Assembly: GCA_963790475.1 (NCBI GenBank)
Contig: CAWBOS010000010.1
Coordinates: 384,001 to 448,000, forward strand
DNA from: an uncultured delta proteobacterium
Lineage (GTDB): Bacteria > Desulfobacterota > RBG-13-43-22
Length of the DNA stretch: 64,000 bases
Direction of reading: 5' to 3'
Under the pieces are notes generated by a model. The model did not search any database. It saw only the letters and a list, made by a program, of their open reading frames with translations, and was not told the origin of the DNA. The position numbers and the translations under genes were made by a program. Of the stretch, positions 1 to 10,103 are shown in pieces. Positions within the stretch are counted from its first letter, which is position 1; every line of letters begins with the position of its first letter.

Positions 1-324
1 GGAAGCCAGGATACAAATGGGCGTCAAGAGAGTGCTTAACAGGACCAGAAAGAGGCTGATACCGTCTACCCCCAAGGTATAATTGATTTTGAATCCGGGG
101 ATCCAGGGTATATGTTCCCCAAACTGGTATTTATAGGTGGAAATATTAAAATTAAAATAAAGAGGAAGAGAAAGGGCAAAGTTAACAATACTAATGATCA
201 AGGCCCAGACTTTGGCCGTCGTTTCATTTCGCAGCATGAAAAGGACCACGGCTCCGCCCAGGGGCAAAAAAATAAGTGTGCTTAAGATCGGATAATTAAG
301 CTGATTGGGAATGAGAAAATCCAT
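1..324 (-). CDS. nuoM: NADH-quinone oxidoreductase subunit M, 5' part (runs off the window)
   Basis: Manual translation from ATG at 324: MDFLIPNQLNYPILSTLIFLPLGGAVVLF...FGEHIPWIPGFKINYTLGVDGISLFLVLLSTLLTPICILAS. The WIP..I.Y.LGVDGIS motif is typical of NuoM, and the gene lies downstream in the nuo operon. Confidence 0.9.
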   Translation of the reverse strand, partial: MDFLIPNQLNYPILSTLIFLPLGGAVVLFMLRNETTAKVWALIISIVNFALSLPLYFNFNISTYKYQFGEHIPWIPGFKINYTLGVDGISLFLVLLSTLLTPICILAS

Positions 325-349
325 GTTTGTTAATTTCCCTGAATTTTAT

Positions 350-410
350 TAGGCGATAGGCGATAGGCAATAGGTTGTAGGTTGAAATTATTATTCCTCT
401 TGCCTATAGC
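350..410. repeat. Heptamer tandem repeat tract with short inverted counterpart
   Basis: TAGGCGA-TAGGCGA-TAGGCAA-TAGGTTG-TAGGTTG at 350-384, then CCTCTTGCCTATAGC. Confidence 0.7.
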
Positions 411-418
411 TTGTTTTT

Positions 419-2185
419 CTATAAAAACCAATACACCCCAATGATCACAAAAATAACCAGCAAGGCCCCAGCCAGATAATTCTGGATATTTCCGGTCTGG
501 ACCTTGCGGATTTGATTGCCAAACTCCTGGGTCCCATAGGCGACATTGTCCACCACCCCGTCAATCCCCCAGCGATCGAACCAGGCAAAAAATCCGGCAA
601 AGGCCATCAGGGCTTTTAGGGCCAGACTCCGGTAGAGCTCTCCCCAACCGGTGTCAAAGCCCTGGATGAATTTCTGGTCGAACCACATAAAACCTTGGAG
701 GCCTTTGCGGTAAAACCAATCGAAATCCAGATTGATCTTGGCTTCCGGCTGGAGCCTCTTGAGGAGCAGGAAAAAACCTAGCCCGGTAAACATCATCAAT
801 TGAAGGGTCTCGGAAAGATGGGGGAGATTATAGGGATGAAATTCCGCGGCCGCTTCCTTAAAAGGTAAGAGATCATACAAAACTTTGGGATAAACCCCGA
901 TTAGGAAACATAAGAAGGAAGTAATCCCCATGGCCCAGAGCATATTTTTGGGTGGTTCCTTGGGCCGCAAACCCGAGTCCTTGCCAAAAAAGGCGAAATA
1001 GGGCAGTTTCAAGCCCACCGAAAGGAAGGTTCCGACCGATGCTAAAAGCATCAGGACCATCAGTACCGGATGATGAGACTCTCCGGCCCCGGAAATGATC
1101 ATGGATTTGCTGACAAAACCGCTAAAAAGAGGCCAACCGGAAATGGAGATACCGCCCACGACATAGAAAATAAGGGTCAGTGGCATATATTTGTAAAGAC
1201 CGCCCAATTTGTTTAATTTGGAGGTCCCGGTCATCATCAGGACCGAACCGGCCCCCATAAACAACAAGGCCTTATAAAGGATGTGGGCATAGGCATGGGC
1301 GCAGGCCCCGTTTAAGGCCAGTTCTGTGCCGATCCCGACACCGGCCACCATGTAACCCACCTGGCTGATGATGTGATAGGAAAGGATGCGGCGCATGTCG
1401 TTTTCGATGGTGGCGTAGCAGACCCCGTAAACAGTCATGACCGTACCCATCACGGCCAGGACATCATAGCCGGGGAAGGCCCGAGCCAGGACATAGATCG
1501 CTGTTTTGGTAGTAAAGGCGCACATAAAGACCGCGCCGGTGACCGTGGCTTCCGGATAGGCATCGGCCAACCAGGCATGTAAAGGGAAGACGGCGGCATT
1601 TAAGGCAAAACCGGCCAGGATCAGATATTCGGCCAAACCGGCGCTGGCCTTGGGGATAACCACGAAGGCCATACTCCCGGTATTTTGGTAATGTAAAAAG
1701 ATGCCGGCCAAAAGCAGCAAACCGCCGAAGATGTGCATCAAAAGATAGCGAAACCCGGCCGAAAGTGATGCCGGCTCTCGGCGGAACCAGATCAGGAAGG
1801 TTGAAGCCAAGGCCATCATCTCCCAGAAGATAAAGACCGTCAGATAGTCTCCGGCAAAGACCACCCCCAAGGAGCCGCCCACATAAAAATAGGAAGCGAT
1901 ATGCTGGGCGTCTTCCTTGACGTGAATCCCGTAAAGGACTCCCAAAAAAGACATGAGGGTGAAGACATGGGCAAAGACAATGGTCAACCGGTCCACCCGA
2001 CCCAGGATAATTTTAAAACCCAGATAGTTGACCTCCCCATAAACCCCCAGGTTCATGTTGAGGACCGTATAGAAGGCGGCCGCGGGTATGAGCAATAAAT
2101 AAATCTGCTTGATCCGGCCCTTGAACACCGGGATCAGGAAGGCGCCTAAAATAAAAAACAGGGCTGGATGAACAAACTTATCCAT
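419..2185 (-). CDS. MrpD/NuoL-like proton-translocating antiporter subunit with NuoL-type C-terminal lateral helix
   Basis: Highly hydrophobic. Motifs FWEMMA, PLHAWLADAYP, RRILSYHIISQVGYM, HILYKALLFMGAG; C-terminus IDGVVD...QTGNIQNY is NuoL-like. Confidence 0.85.
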   Translation of the reverse strand: MDKFVHPALFFILGAFLIPVFKGRIKQIYLLLIPAAAFYTVLNMNLGVYGEVNYLGFKIILGRVDRLTIVFAHVFTLMSFLGVLYGIHVKEDAQHIASYFYVGGSLGVVFAGDYLTVFIFWEMMALASTFLIWFRREPASLSAGFRYLLMHIFGGLLLLAGIFLHYQNTGSMAFVVIPKASAGLAEYLILAGFALNAAVFPLHAWLADAYPEATVTGAVFMCAFTTKTAIYVLARAFPGYDVLAVMGTVMTVYGVCYATIENDMRRILSYHIISQVGYMVAGVGIGTELALNGACAHAYAHILYKALLFMGAGSVLMMTGTSKLNKLGGLYKYMPLTLIFYVVGGISISGWPLFSGFVSKSMIISGAGESHHPVLMVLMLLASVGTFLSVGLKLPYFAFFGKDSGLRPKEPPKNMLWAMGITSFLCFLIGVYPKVLYDLLPFKEAAAEFHPYNLPHLSETLQLMMFTGLGFFLLLKRLQPEAKINLDFDWFYRKGLQGFMWFDQKFIQGFDTGWGELYRSLALKALMAFAGFFAWFDRWGIDGVVDNVAYGTQEFGNQIRKVQTGNIQNYLAGALLVIFVIIGVYWFL

Positions 2186-2426
2186 AATAATCCTCTTTTT
2201 TCATCAGCCAGGCGTGGGCCAATCCTTTCATAATGCGTATTAAGAGAACACACCCTATAAATCCGAAAACCGTCCAAAACCCGGGAATTTTGTCCCCCCA
2301 AAAATGGGCTTCATGTCGAGGAATCAAAAAATCGAAGACAATCGTAGCCGCCATGACCACATAGAGTATTCGTTTCAAGACTTTCAAACGGTCTCTTAAA
2401 TATTGTATTGGATTTGCCCAGTTCAT
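2178..2426 (-). CDS. Small membrane protein (two TM segments) between the Mrp-like subunits
   Basis: 82 aa with two hydrophobic segments and ...IPGFW.VFGFIGC...K.L...L.K.EDYY. Tightly coupled to both neighbours (2-nt gap, 8-nt overlap). Confidence 0.75.
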   Translation of the reverse strand: MNWANPIQYLRDRLKVLKRILYVVMAATIVFDFLIPRHEAHFWGDKIPGFWTVFGFIGCVLLIRIMKGLAHAWLMKKEDYYG

Positions 2427-2428
2427 AA

Positions 2429-3967
2429 TCAGAAAACCGCCTTAACGATATTCATAAGATATTTTGGATCAACTGCTTTAACGATATTCAAAAAATAGTC
2501 CGGATAGAGGCCCATGAGTATGGAAGCCAGGGCCGTTAACAGCAAGGGAATGACCATGACGGCCGGGGCCTCCCGGAGAACGTTGCTCTGATCCGGCAGA
2601 TCATTAGGCAGTGCTTCATTGGAGCGCCCGAAAAAGGCCCGAAGAACTACCGGGAAAAAATAGGCCGTGTTCAAGATGGTGCTGGCCAATAAGACGACTA
2701 AAAAGATAGTTTGGTGAGCCTGCAGGGTCCCTATGGCCAGATACCACTTGGTGACAAAACCGCAAACCAAAGGGACGCCGATCATACTCAGCGAGGCCAC
2801 CGCAAAGGCAGCCATGGTAAAGGGCATTTTGCGTCCGATACCGGACATTTCACTGATTTTTCTGGTATTCGCGGCCACAAAAATCGATCCGGCGCACATA
2901 AAGAGGGTGATCTTGGAAAAGGCGTGATTGGCAATATGGATCAATCCACCGGTGACCGCGCTGGGGGTCATCAGGGCCACACCCAGAATGATATAGGATA
3001 ATTGACTGACTGTTGAATAGGCCAGTCTGGCTTTCAGATCGTCTTTGGTAAGGGCGATGATCGAGGCCAGAATGATAGTGAACGAGGCGGCATAGGCCGT
3101 CGGTATTCCGAGATTCAAGGAGTTTAACAGCCCGACTCCGAAAACCGACAGCATGACCCGGCTGGTACAGAAGACCCCGGCCTTGACCACGGCCACGGCA
3201 TGGAGCAGGGCGCTGACCGGGGTAGGGGCGACCATGGCCGACGGCAGCCAGTTATGAAAAGGCATCATGGCCGCCTTGGCGAAACCGGCCATAAAAAGGA
3301 TATAGGTGATGGTCACCAGCGTCGGATTGGCGGTGGCGGGAAAAATCCCTTTGGTGATACCGGAAGGGGCAAAATCCAAAGTCCCGGCTAAAACATAGGT
3401 CAAGATAACGGCCGGCAGGAAAAAGGATTTAGCCGTCCCGGTCAGATAGACCATGTATTTTCTGGCGCCCTCATAGGCCTCCTCGTCCTGATGATGGGCA
3501 ACCAGGGGATAGGTGAAGATGGTGATGACTTCATAGAAGAAATATAAACTGAACAGGTTACCGGAAAAGGCGACCCCGACCGCCCCGACGATGGCCACGG
3601 CAAAACAGAAATAATAGCGGCCCTGCGCATGTTCTTTTAAGGACCGCATATAGCCGATATTGTAGAAGGTAACCAGGATCCAAAGAAAGGATGAAATGGT
3701 TCCGAAAATAAGCCCCAGGGCATCCACTCTTAATTTCAAAGATATCCCCGGTAAAATGACAAACGGCGTACATTCGAAGGCCTTTCCGGCCAGAATCTGC
3801 GGGGTCATCGAAAGGACGGTCAGGAATGTGGCCACGGCACCTAAAACCGACCAGGTCTCCCTTAAGTTCGGCTTTTTGGACGTGACCATGATCAGCAAAG
3901 AGGCCACGGTGGCAATCAGAACGGCTATGAGGGGCCGTATGGAGATAATGGTTTCCACTGTTTCCAT
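2429..3967 (-). CDS. Monovalent cation/H+ antiporter subunit D-family membrane subunit
   Basis: Motifs FYEVITIFTYPLV, KAAMMPFHNWLPSAMVAPTPVSALLHAVAVVKAG, KARLAYSTVSQLSY, HAFSKITLFMCAG; no C-terminal lateral helix. Confidence 0.85.
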   Translation of the reverse strand: METVETIISIRPLIAVLIATVASLLIMVTSKKPNLRETWSVLGAVATFLTVLSMTPQILAGKAFECTPFVILPGISLKLRVDALGLIFGTISSFLWILVTFYNIGYMRSLKEHAQGRYYFCFAVAIVGAVGVAFSGNLFSLYFFYEVITIFTYPLVAHHQDEEAYEGARKYMVYLTGTAKSFFLPAVILTYVLAGTLDFAPSGITKGIFPATANPTLVTITYILFMAGFAKAAMMPFHNWLPSAMVAPTPVSALLHAVAVVKAGVFCTSRVMLSVFGVGLLNSLNLGIPTAYAASFTIILASIIALTKDDLKARLAYSTVSQLSYIILGVALMTPSAVTGGLIHIANHAFSKITLFMCAGSIFVAANTRKISEMSGIGRKMPFTMAAFAVASLSMIGVPLVCGFVTKWYLAIGTLQAHQTIFLVVLLASTILNTAYFFPVVLRAFFGRSNEALPNDLPDQSNVLREAPAVMVIPLLLTALASILMGLYPDYFLNIVKAVDPKYLMNIVKAVF

Positions 3968-3980
3968 GGGGATTAAGAAG

Positions 3981-4289
3981 CTATCCTTTCAATTCACTGA
4001 CGGTATCGGGTTTAATCTCTCTAAAGCGACGATAGACGGTGATAATGATACTCAGGGCAATGGCCGTCTCGGCCGCGGCCAGACCCATAATGAACAAGGT
4101 AAATACCTGCCCGACAGCGGCATCTTTGGAAAAAAACATATTAAAGGCCATAAAGTTCAGCGCGGCCCCGTTGAGGATCAATTCGGTGGCGACCAACATA
4201 CCGATCAGACTGGTCTGCTGAAGAAGTCCGAAAATCCCGATACAAAAAAGCAAGGCGCCTAAAATTAAATAGGTGATCAGATGTTCCAT
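3981..4289 (-). CDS. nuoK: NADH-quinone oxidoreductase subunit K
   Basis: 102 aa, three TM helices, ELILNGAALNF and AAAETAIAL motifs. Confidence 0.93.
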   Translation of the reverse strand: MEHLITYLILGALLFCIGIFGLLQQTSLIGMLVATELILNGAALNFMAFNMFFSKDAAVGQVFTLFIMGLAAAETAIALSIIITVYRRFREIKPDTVSELKG

Positions 4290-4293
4290 CTGG

Positions 4294-4827
4294 TTAGTCC
4301 CTTTTCTGGCCGATCCCGGCGATCATGATGGCTCCGATAATGGCAATGGCCAAAAGTAAAGAAATCAGTTCAAAGACCAGAAAATAGCGGGTCAACAATT
4401 GCTGCCCCAGGGTCTTGATGCTCCAGTCGCGGGTGAGGGTTGTCCCCGGCGCCCAGTTAACGCTGAAAATCATTTGGACCATTCCGGCAAAGACCACCAC
4501 ACTGACGATCAGGGCGGCAATGACCTTGGTTACTCTCTTTTTCGGTTGGTCCAGTTCCAAAGGCGGGGAAAGCATAATGGCAAAAATATAAGTGATACAG
4601 ATGGCCCCGACATAAATCAATAACTGCATTACGGCCACGAATTGACTGCCTAAGAATAAATAAATGCCGGCTACCCCGAACATGGATAAGGCCAGCCCCA
4701 AAATATTATGAAGGATTTTGGGGAAAGTGACGGCAATAAAGGCCCCAGCCAGGGTGAAAACAACCATGAGCCAGAAGGCCACCTGGGCGACGATGATCGG
4801 CGGTATGAAATCGGAGATGGTAGTCAT
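4294..4827 (-). CDS. nuoJ: NADH-quinone oxidoreductase subunit J
   Basis: FVAVMQLLIYVGAI and FELISLLL motifs; operon position. Confidence 0.92.
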   Translation of the reverse strand: MTTISDFIPPIIVAQVAFWLMVVFTLAGAFIAVTFPKILHNILGLALSMFGVAGIYLFLGSQFVAVMQLLIYVGAICITYIFAIMLSPPLELDQPKKRVTKVIAALIVSVVVFAGMVQMIFSVNWAPGTTLTRDWSIKTLGQQLLTRYFLVFELISLLLAIAIIGAIMIAGIGQKRD

Positions 4828-5285
4828 GGTCTTTCCTCTAATTCTCGCATGAGGTCGATAACCGTATTCCAGCGCCCATAATAGACCAGTTCATATTCGC
4901 TTGAGAACTTAAGGGTTTGTTCCGGGCAGACATCGACACACAGGCCGCACAGGCTGCACTTGGAGAAATCGATGATATATTGACGACCGAATTTCTTATC
5001 GCCGGCCCTGGTCTTTTCCCCCTGAAGCTTGATGACATGGGAAGGACAGGTCCGGGCACATAAACCGCAGGCCACGCAATGATGGGTCTTGGTGTCGTCA
5101 AAGCGGATGAACTCGGTGTGCCCCCGGAAACTCGGAGTCATGGTCAACTTTTGTCTGGGGTATTGGACAGTAATAATGGGCTTAAAAAGCCTCTTGATGG
5201 TGACGCCCAGGCCGATGATCAGACTCTTGGCCCCGACCACTATATCGACGATGTATTGTATAAATGGATTAGCAGGGGATTTCAT
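4824..5285 (-). CDS. nuoI: NADH-quinone oxidoreductase subunit I (2x[4Fe-4S])
   Basis: ITVQYP...FRG, CVACGLCARTCP and CSLCGLCVDVCP. Confidence 0.93.
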   Translation of the reverse strand: MKSPANPFIQYIVDIVVGAKSLIIGLGVTIKRLFKPIITVQYPRQKLTMTPSFRGHTEFIRFDDTKTHHCVACGLCARTCPSHVIKLQGEKTRAGDKKFGRQYIIDFSKCSLCGLCVDVCPEQTLKFSSEYELVYYGRWNTVIDLMRELEERP

Positions 5286-5286
5286 C

Positions 5287-6279
5287 TTATAGGACCTTAA
5301 GGAAAATGGCGGTAACCAATAGGTTTAGCAAGGAGATCGGTATCAAAACCTTCCAGGCGAAATTCATCAGTTGATCGAAACGAATGCGGGGGAAGCTCCA
5401 GCGGGCCCAGTAAACAACGAATATCAGGGCAAAGACTTTAATCAGGAACCAGATTACTCCGGGAAGAAGGGGCCCATGCCAACCTCCCAGAAAAAGGACC
5501 GTAGCCATGGAAGCGGCAATAAACATATTGGTATATTCAGCCAGGAAATACATTCCAAAGCGCATTCCCGTATATTCGGTATGAAACCCGGAAACCAGTT
5601 CCGATTCGGCTTCCACCAGGTCAAAAGGGGCCCGGTTGGTTTCCGCCGTGGTGGAAATGATAAAAATCAGCGCGGCGATGGGTTGATAAAGAATATACCA
5701 GACCGGGCTCTGGGCGGCGACGATTGCACTCATTTTAAAAGAATTGGTCATGATAATGACCGACATGGTGGACAGCAACAAGGGGATTTCATAGGCCACG
5801 TTTTGGGCCACCGAGCGCACCGCCCCGATCAGAGAATATTTATTATTAGAGGCCCAGCCGGCCATCAAGACCGACAAGACCGTCAGACTGGAAAAGGAAA
5901 AGATCAGTAAGATGCCCACGTTCAAATCCTTGACCTGCATCAGGGGCCCGAAGGGAATGACCACAAAACCGACAAAGGCCGGGATGAAGATGGTAATCGG
6001 GGCCAGCCAGTAAAGGAATTTATCGGCCAGTTTGGGGGTGATCATTTCCTTGCCCAGCATTTTAACGGCATCAGCCAGGTTCTGAAGGATCCCGTGGGGC
6101 CCCACCTCCATAAAGGCGGGCCTGAGCTGGAGGTGAGAACAGACCTTCATCTCAAACCAGACCATCCAGACTACGTTCAAAGGGACAAAGAGTAAAAGAA
6201 TCAATAGTCCGATTAGCCCAACCGTAATATCGGGGCCGAGGAAAGCGTATACGTCATTGATGAGTTGTGTCATATTCAC
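5287..6279 (-). CDS. nuoH: NADH-quinone oxidoreductase subunit H
   Basis: [46 protein letters not shown] and PRIRFDQLM. Confidence 0.95.
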   Translation of the reverse strand: MNMTQLINDVYAFLGPDITVGLIGLLILLLFVPLNVVWMVWFEMKVCSHLQLRPAFMEVGPHGILQNLADAVKMLGKEMITPKLADKFLYWLAPITIFIPAFVGFVVIPFGPLMQVKDLNVGILLIFSFSSLTVLSVLMAGWASNNKYSLIGAVRSVAQNVAYEIPLLLSTMSVIIMTNSFKMSAIVAAQSPVWYILYQPIAALIFIISTTAETNRAPFDLVEAESELVSGFHTEYTGMRFGMYFLAEYTNMFIAASMATVLFLGGWHGPLLPGVIWFLIKVFALIFVVYWARWSFPRIRFDQLMNFAWKVLIPISLLNLLVTAIFLKVL

Positions 6280-7403
6280 CGGTCGATCTCCGGAACGGTT
6301 ACATCGATACTGCCGAAAATGGCAACGACATCAGCCAGGAAATGTCCAGGGCAAATTTTGGACATGACAAACAAGTTAGAAAAAGAAGGGGCACGGACCT
6401 TGATCCGATAGGGGATGCGCGACCCGTCGCTGACGATATAAAACCCAACGGCACCCCGGGCACTTTCAAAGGCAAAATAACAATCGCCCTCCGGCGGGGT
6501 GACAAACCGGGGTACCTTGGAGCGGATGGGGCCGGGCGGCAAATGATCCAGGGCCTGTTCGATGATATTCAGGCTTTGTTCAAATTCGGCCATCCGGACC
6601 AGGTAACGGGCCAGACAGTCGCCTTCTTCCCGGATCGGGACCTCAAATTTAAATTCCGGATAAATCGAATAGGGTTCGTTCTTGCGAACGTCGTATTTAA
6701 CACCCGAACCTCGTAGGGTGGGACCGGTAACCCCGAATTCCAGGGCCGTTTCTTTGGTAATGACCCCGACGTTTTGGGAACGTTTAATAAAGATGATGTT
6801 CCCGGTGATCAGATCATGATAATCCTTTAACCGACCTCGAAAGCGGTCGATAAAACGGCGGGTCCCATCGTAAAACTCCTGGGTGATATCATTGCGGACC
6901 CCCCCGAAGCGGCCGTAACTGTAGGTCAGCCGGGACCCGGCAATCATTTCCAGAAGATCCAATATATGTTCCCGGTCATCCCATCCATAGACGAAAGGGG
7001 TGATGGCCCCCAGACCCATGACAAAATCCATGGCCCCGATTAAATGGCTGGCGATCCGGTTCAGTTCCGAGGTGATGACCCGAATGAATTCCGCTCTCCT
7101 GGGGACCTCGATCCCACAGAGTTTTTCCACGGCCATACAATACCCGTGATTGAAGATCATGCCCGATAGATAATCCATTCGGGCCGGGTTGGGTAAAAAT
7201 TGTTCATAAATCCGGTTTTCGGCCATTTTTTCGTGGCCCCGGTGAGAATAGCCGATGATGGGTTCACAGGAGACCACTACCTCGCCGTCCAGGGTCAATA
7301 AAAAGTGCATGACCCCGTGGGTACTCGGATGTTGAGGGCCGAGATTGAGTTGATAGACCCTTTGACTTTGGGTTGCATCGTCTATGGTTCTTTTGTTCAG
7401 CAT
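6276..7403 (-). CDS. nuoD: NADH-quinone oxidoreductase subunit D
   Basis: [27 protein letters not shown] (quinone-site His and Tyr retained), C-terminal GSID...EIDR; no NiFe-binding CxxC pairs. Confidence 0.95.
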   Translation of the reverse strand: MLNKRTIDDATQSQRVYQLNLGPQHPSTHGVMHFLLTLDGEVVVSCEPIIGYSHRGHEKMAENRIYEQFLPNPARMDYLSGMIFNHGYCMAVEKLCGIEVPRRAEFIRVITSELNRIASHLIGAMDFVMGLGAITPFVYGWDDREHILDLLEMIAGSRLTYSYGRFGGVRNDITQEFYDGTRRFIDRFRGRLKDYHDLITGNIIFIKRSQNVGVITKETALEFGVTGPTLRGSGVKYDVRKNEPYSIYPEFKFEVPIREEGDCLARYLVRMAEFEQSLNIIEQALDHLPPGPIRSKVPRFVTPPEGDCYFAFESARGAVGFYIVSDGSRIPYRIKVRAPSFSNLFVMSKICPGHFLADVVAIFGSIDVTVPEIDR

Positions 7404-7891
7404 AGGATGTCGTCTATTTCTGCGGTCAATTTGGTCTTGCCGAAGTTCTTCAGTAAAGGGAAATAATCCACATCATCAGGATTGATGATCCTTTTGAGGT
7501 CCGGGTGTTCCTGGAAGCGGATGCCGAAGAAGTCATAGACCTCTCGTTCCAGCCAGATAGCTTCGGGATAAACAGCCGAAACAGAGAACGGGGTGCCGTC
7601 CTTGGGTATTTTGACCCCTGTCTTTAAACGGCAAAAATCTTGATAATAGGTGGAATAAAAATAAACCAATTCAAAATAATCGATAAAATCGACTGCCGTT
7701 ATGGTCTCCAGATAAAACCGCCTGTCCTTCATGACCTGGGCCACCCGCCGCATCCCTACCTGATCCAAACGGACCTCCAGGTGATAACCGGTTCGGGAAT
7801 AGTCGCTTTCCATGACTTGCCCTTCAGGGAGGGTTTGAGTCAGGTTATTTTCTAGATCTTCGAGCAGCTTTTTCTGCCCTGACGTTGGCAT
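7397..7891 (-). CDS. nuoC: NADH-quinone oxidoreductase subunit C
   Basis: WLEREVYDFFGIRFQEHPDLKRI...PLLK motif. Confidence 0.92.
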   Translation of the reverse strand: MPTSGQKKLLEDLENNLTQTLPEGQVMESDYSRTGYHLEVRLDQVGMRRVAQVMKDRRFYLETITAVDFIDYFELVYFYSTYYQDFCRLKTGVKIPKDGTPFSVSAVYPEAIWLEREVYDFFGIRFQEHPDLKRIINPDDVDYFPLLKNFGKTKLTAEIDDILC

Positions 7892-8411
7892 CTATAATTC
7901 CTTTGCTCATCTTGGTTTGTAATTTAAGCAATCCCTGGATCAGACCTTCCGGGCGGGGTGGGCAACCGGGGATATAGATATCCACCGGGATGATTTTATC
8001 CGCCCCGTTGACAATGGCATACTGTCCGTCATAAGAAAAAGGTCCCCCGGAGATGGCGCAATTGCCCATGGCAATGACCCATTTCGGCCCGGGCATCTGA
8101 TCATAGAGGGTCTTGATGGTCGGGACCAGTTTATGAGGAATGGTCCCGGCAATAATCATGATGTCGGATTGGCGGGGAGTAGCTCTGGGGATCATCCCAA
8201 AACGCATAACATCAAAACGGGCCATGCTGGGGGCCATCATTTCTATGGCACAGCAGGCGATTCCAAAGGTCAGAAACCAGGGCGAATTGACCCGGACTAT
8301 ATTAATAAGATCCTGTACCGGGACAAATCCCACAACGGCTGATGTTTCTTTTGTGTCTTTCCTGACATCTCGAGAGGGGATGCAGATGGGGGCGTTTGGC
8401 TTTACTTCCAT
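7845..8411 (-). CDS. nuoB: NADH-quinone oxidoreductase subunit B
   Basis: FGIACCAIEM (adjacent Cys pair), TPRQSD, MGNCAISGG, IPGCPPRPE. Confidence 0.95.
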   Translation of the reverse strand: MEVKPNAPICIPSRDVRKDTKETSAVVGFVPVQDLINIVRVNSPWFLTFGIACCAIEMMAPSMARFDVMRFGMIPRATPRQSDIMIIAGTIPHKLVPTIKTLYDQMPGPKWVIAMGNCAISGGPFSYDGQYAIVNGADKIIPVDIYIPGCPPRPEGLIQGLLKLQTKMSKGIIDANVRAEKAARRSRK

Positions 8412-8785
8412 TTAAAAACTCCTTTACGCCAGGAATAGACGATGGCTAAGGTCAAAATAAACAGAAAGATAAATAATTCAATCAGTTCGTAAAAGGCGGT
8501 TCCTCTCTGGTAGGCAAGCAGTACCGGGAAGAGATAAAGGACATCCACATCGAAGGCCAGGAAGATCAGGGCAAAAAGATAATAAGAGGCCCCGAATTGC
8601 ATCCAGGCGGTTCGTAGTGGTGCCACCCCGCTTTCATAGGTCGCATCCCTTTTTTCACCCCACATCCTTGGACCGAGCACGAAGTTGATAACGATCATAG
8701 CCAAGGGCATAAGGATGCCGACCAGGAAGAATATGAAGACGAACAAAAAATCGCCGAGACCGGCTTGTAACATTTGAGAAAACAC
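8402..8785 (-). CDS. nuoA: NADH-quinone oxidoreductase subunit A
   Basis: TYESG, YYLFALIFLAFDVD, W.KGVFKW; GTG start with upstream AGGAG. Confidence 0.93.
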   Translation of the reverse strand: MFSQMLQAGLGDFLFVFIFFLVGILMPLAMIVINFVLGPRMWGEKRDATYESGVAPLRTAWMQFGASYYLFALIFLAFDVDVLYLFPVLLAYQRGTAFYELIELFIFLFILTLAIVYSWRKGVFKWK

Positions 8786-8937
8786 TTAATTATTACTCCT
8801 TAAGGTCTTCAAGGTTCTCTTAAAGTCTCTGTTGTTTTCAAGCCCGTTAGAGCTCAAAAATGTCATGGTCGTATTACCTGTTCGAAAGGGTTTTTGTCAA
8901 GGAAAAAAATAAAAAGACTCCCCAGAATTTACTATTT

Positions 8938-9882
8938 TTAATCCACCGCATTTTGGGATACCCAGATTTTGGCTTGTTCGATATCTTTATTGATCTGGGT
9001 CTTCAAGGCTTCGGGGCCGGAGAATGTCCTCTCACCCCGGAGCCGTTTGAGAAAAAATACTTTAATATTCTTGCCATAGAGGTCATCCTTAAAGTTAAAA
9101 ATAAAGGTTTCTATGGAGATTGTTTTGCCGTCGGCAAAGGTGGGGTTGAAGCCGACATTGGTTACCCCATAAAAAAAACCTTGAGGACTTTCGACCCGGA
9201 CCACATAAACGCCGCGCTGGGGGATCAGTTTTTCATTGGGATTCAGATTGGCTGTGGGAAATCCCAAAAGAGATCGGCCGATTCCTTTGCCGGGGATGAT
9301 TGTTCCCGTGAGGGTGAACGGTCGGCCCAGAAGGAGTTTGGCCTCCTCCATGGCCCCGGAGGTAATCAATTCCCGGACGCGGGTACTGCTGACTAAATGA
9401 TTGCCAACAGTTACCGGTGGATGGATATGGACTTTGAATCCTAAATTTTCACCCAATTCTTTAAGAAGATGGATGTTGCCTTCCCGTTTTTTCCCGAAGG
9501 TATAGTCATACCCGACCACGATCTCTTTCATTCCGATGCGGTTGACCAGGATGTCCTGGACAAAACTCTTAGCCGGGACCTGGGAAAACTCCCGGGTAAA
9601 AGGGATGGACAGGACCGCCTCGATCCCGTATTGGAAAATCAGGTCGACTTTATTGTCGTCGGAGACGATCTGTTTGAGGGATTTGCCGGGTCTCAAGATC
9701 TGGGCCGGGTGAGGGTGAAAGGTAATGACCATAGAAGTCCCTTTTATGGCCTTGGCCCGTTCCAGGACTTTTTTTATCAAGCTCTGATGACCCAAATGAA
9801 TGCCGTCAAAGTTTCCGATAGTCAGAACCGGGGCTTTTAACGGTTTGGTGATTTGATTGATATCGGAAAAATAAGTGCCCAT
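8938..9882 (-). CDS. ribF: Bifunctional riboflavin kinase/FAD synthetase
   Basis: IGNFDGIHLGH, VGYDYTFGK, VSSTRVR, GFPTANL, GVY, NVGFNPTF; ATG at 9882 taken as the likely start. Confidence 0.95.
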   Translation of the reverse strand: MGTYFSDINQITKPLKAPVLTIGNFDGIHLGHQSLIKKVLERAKAIKGTSMVITFHPHPAQILRPGKSLKQIVSDDNKVDLIFQYGIEAVLSIPFTREFSQVPAKSFVQDILVNRIGMKEIVVGYDYTFGKKREGNIHLLKELGENLGFKVHIHPPVTVGNHLVSSTRVRELITSGAMEEAKLLLGRPFTLTGTIIPGKGIGRSLLGFPTANLNPNEKLIPQRGVYVVRVESPQGFFYGVTNVGFNPTFADGKTISIETFIFNFKDDLYGKNIKVFFLKRLRGERTFSGPEALKTQINKDIEQAKIWVSQNAVD

Positions 9883-10040
9883 AGGTTTTTTACGATCGTA
9901 ACGAATCAAATTTTTAGGCTGAGGGGCATTAATAAAGATCGCTTGACAGGCATCAGGAGATTAAGACTGTAAAGGATTTTTCTCTTTTAGCCTCTTGCCT
10001 ATCGCCTCACACCTCTCGCCTGATTTTTGAATGAATCCCC

Positions 10041-10069
10041 TTGACAGTTTTAAAATATTCATTTATATT
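10041..10069 (+). promoter_or_regulatory. Sigma70-type promoter for tRNA-Leu
   Basis: TTGACA (10041-46), 17-nt spacer, TATATT (10064-69), ~35 nt upstream of the tRNA. Confidence 0.6.
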
Positions 10070-10103
10070 TTTAAAAATAATAAAAATCAATTAAATAATG
10101 ATT

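Noticed and set aside
6276-8411. Possible group 4 [NiFe]-hydrogenase (Ech/Hyc-like) instead of complex I
   Set aside because: The large subunit lacks both NiFe-binding CxxC motifs and ends in EIDR; the small subunit has the adjacent CC of NuoB; nuoA/J/K are present.
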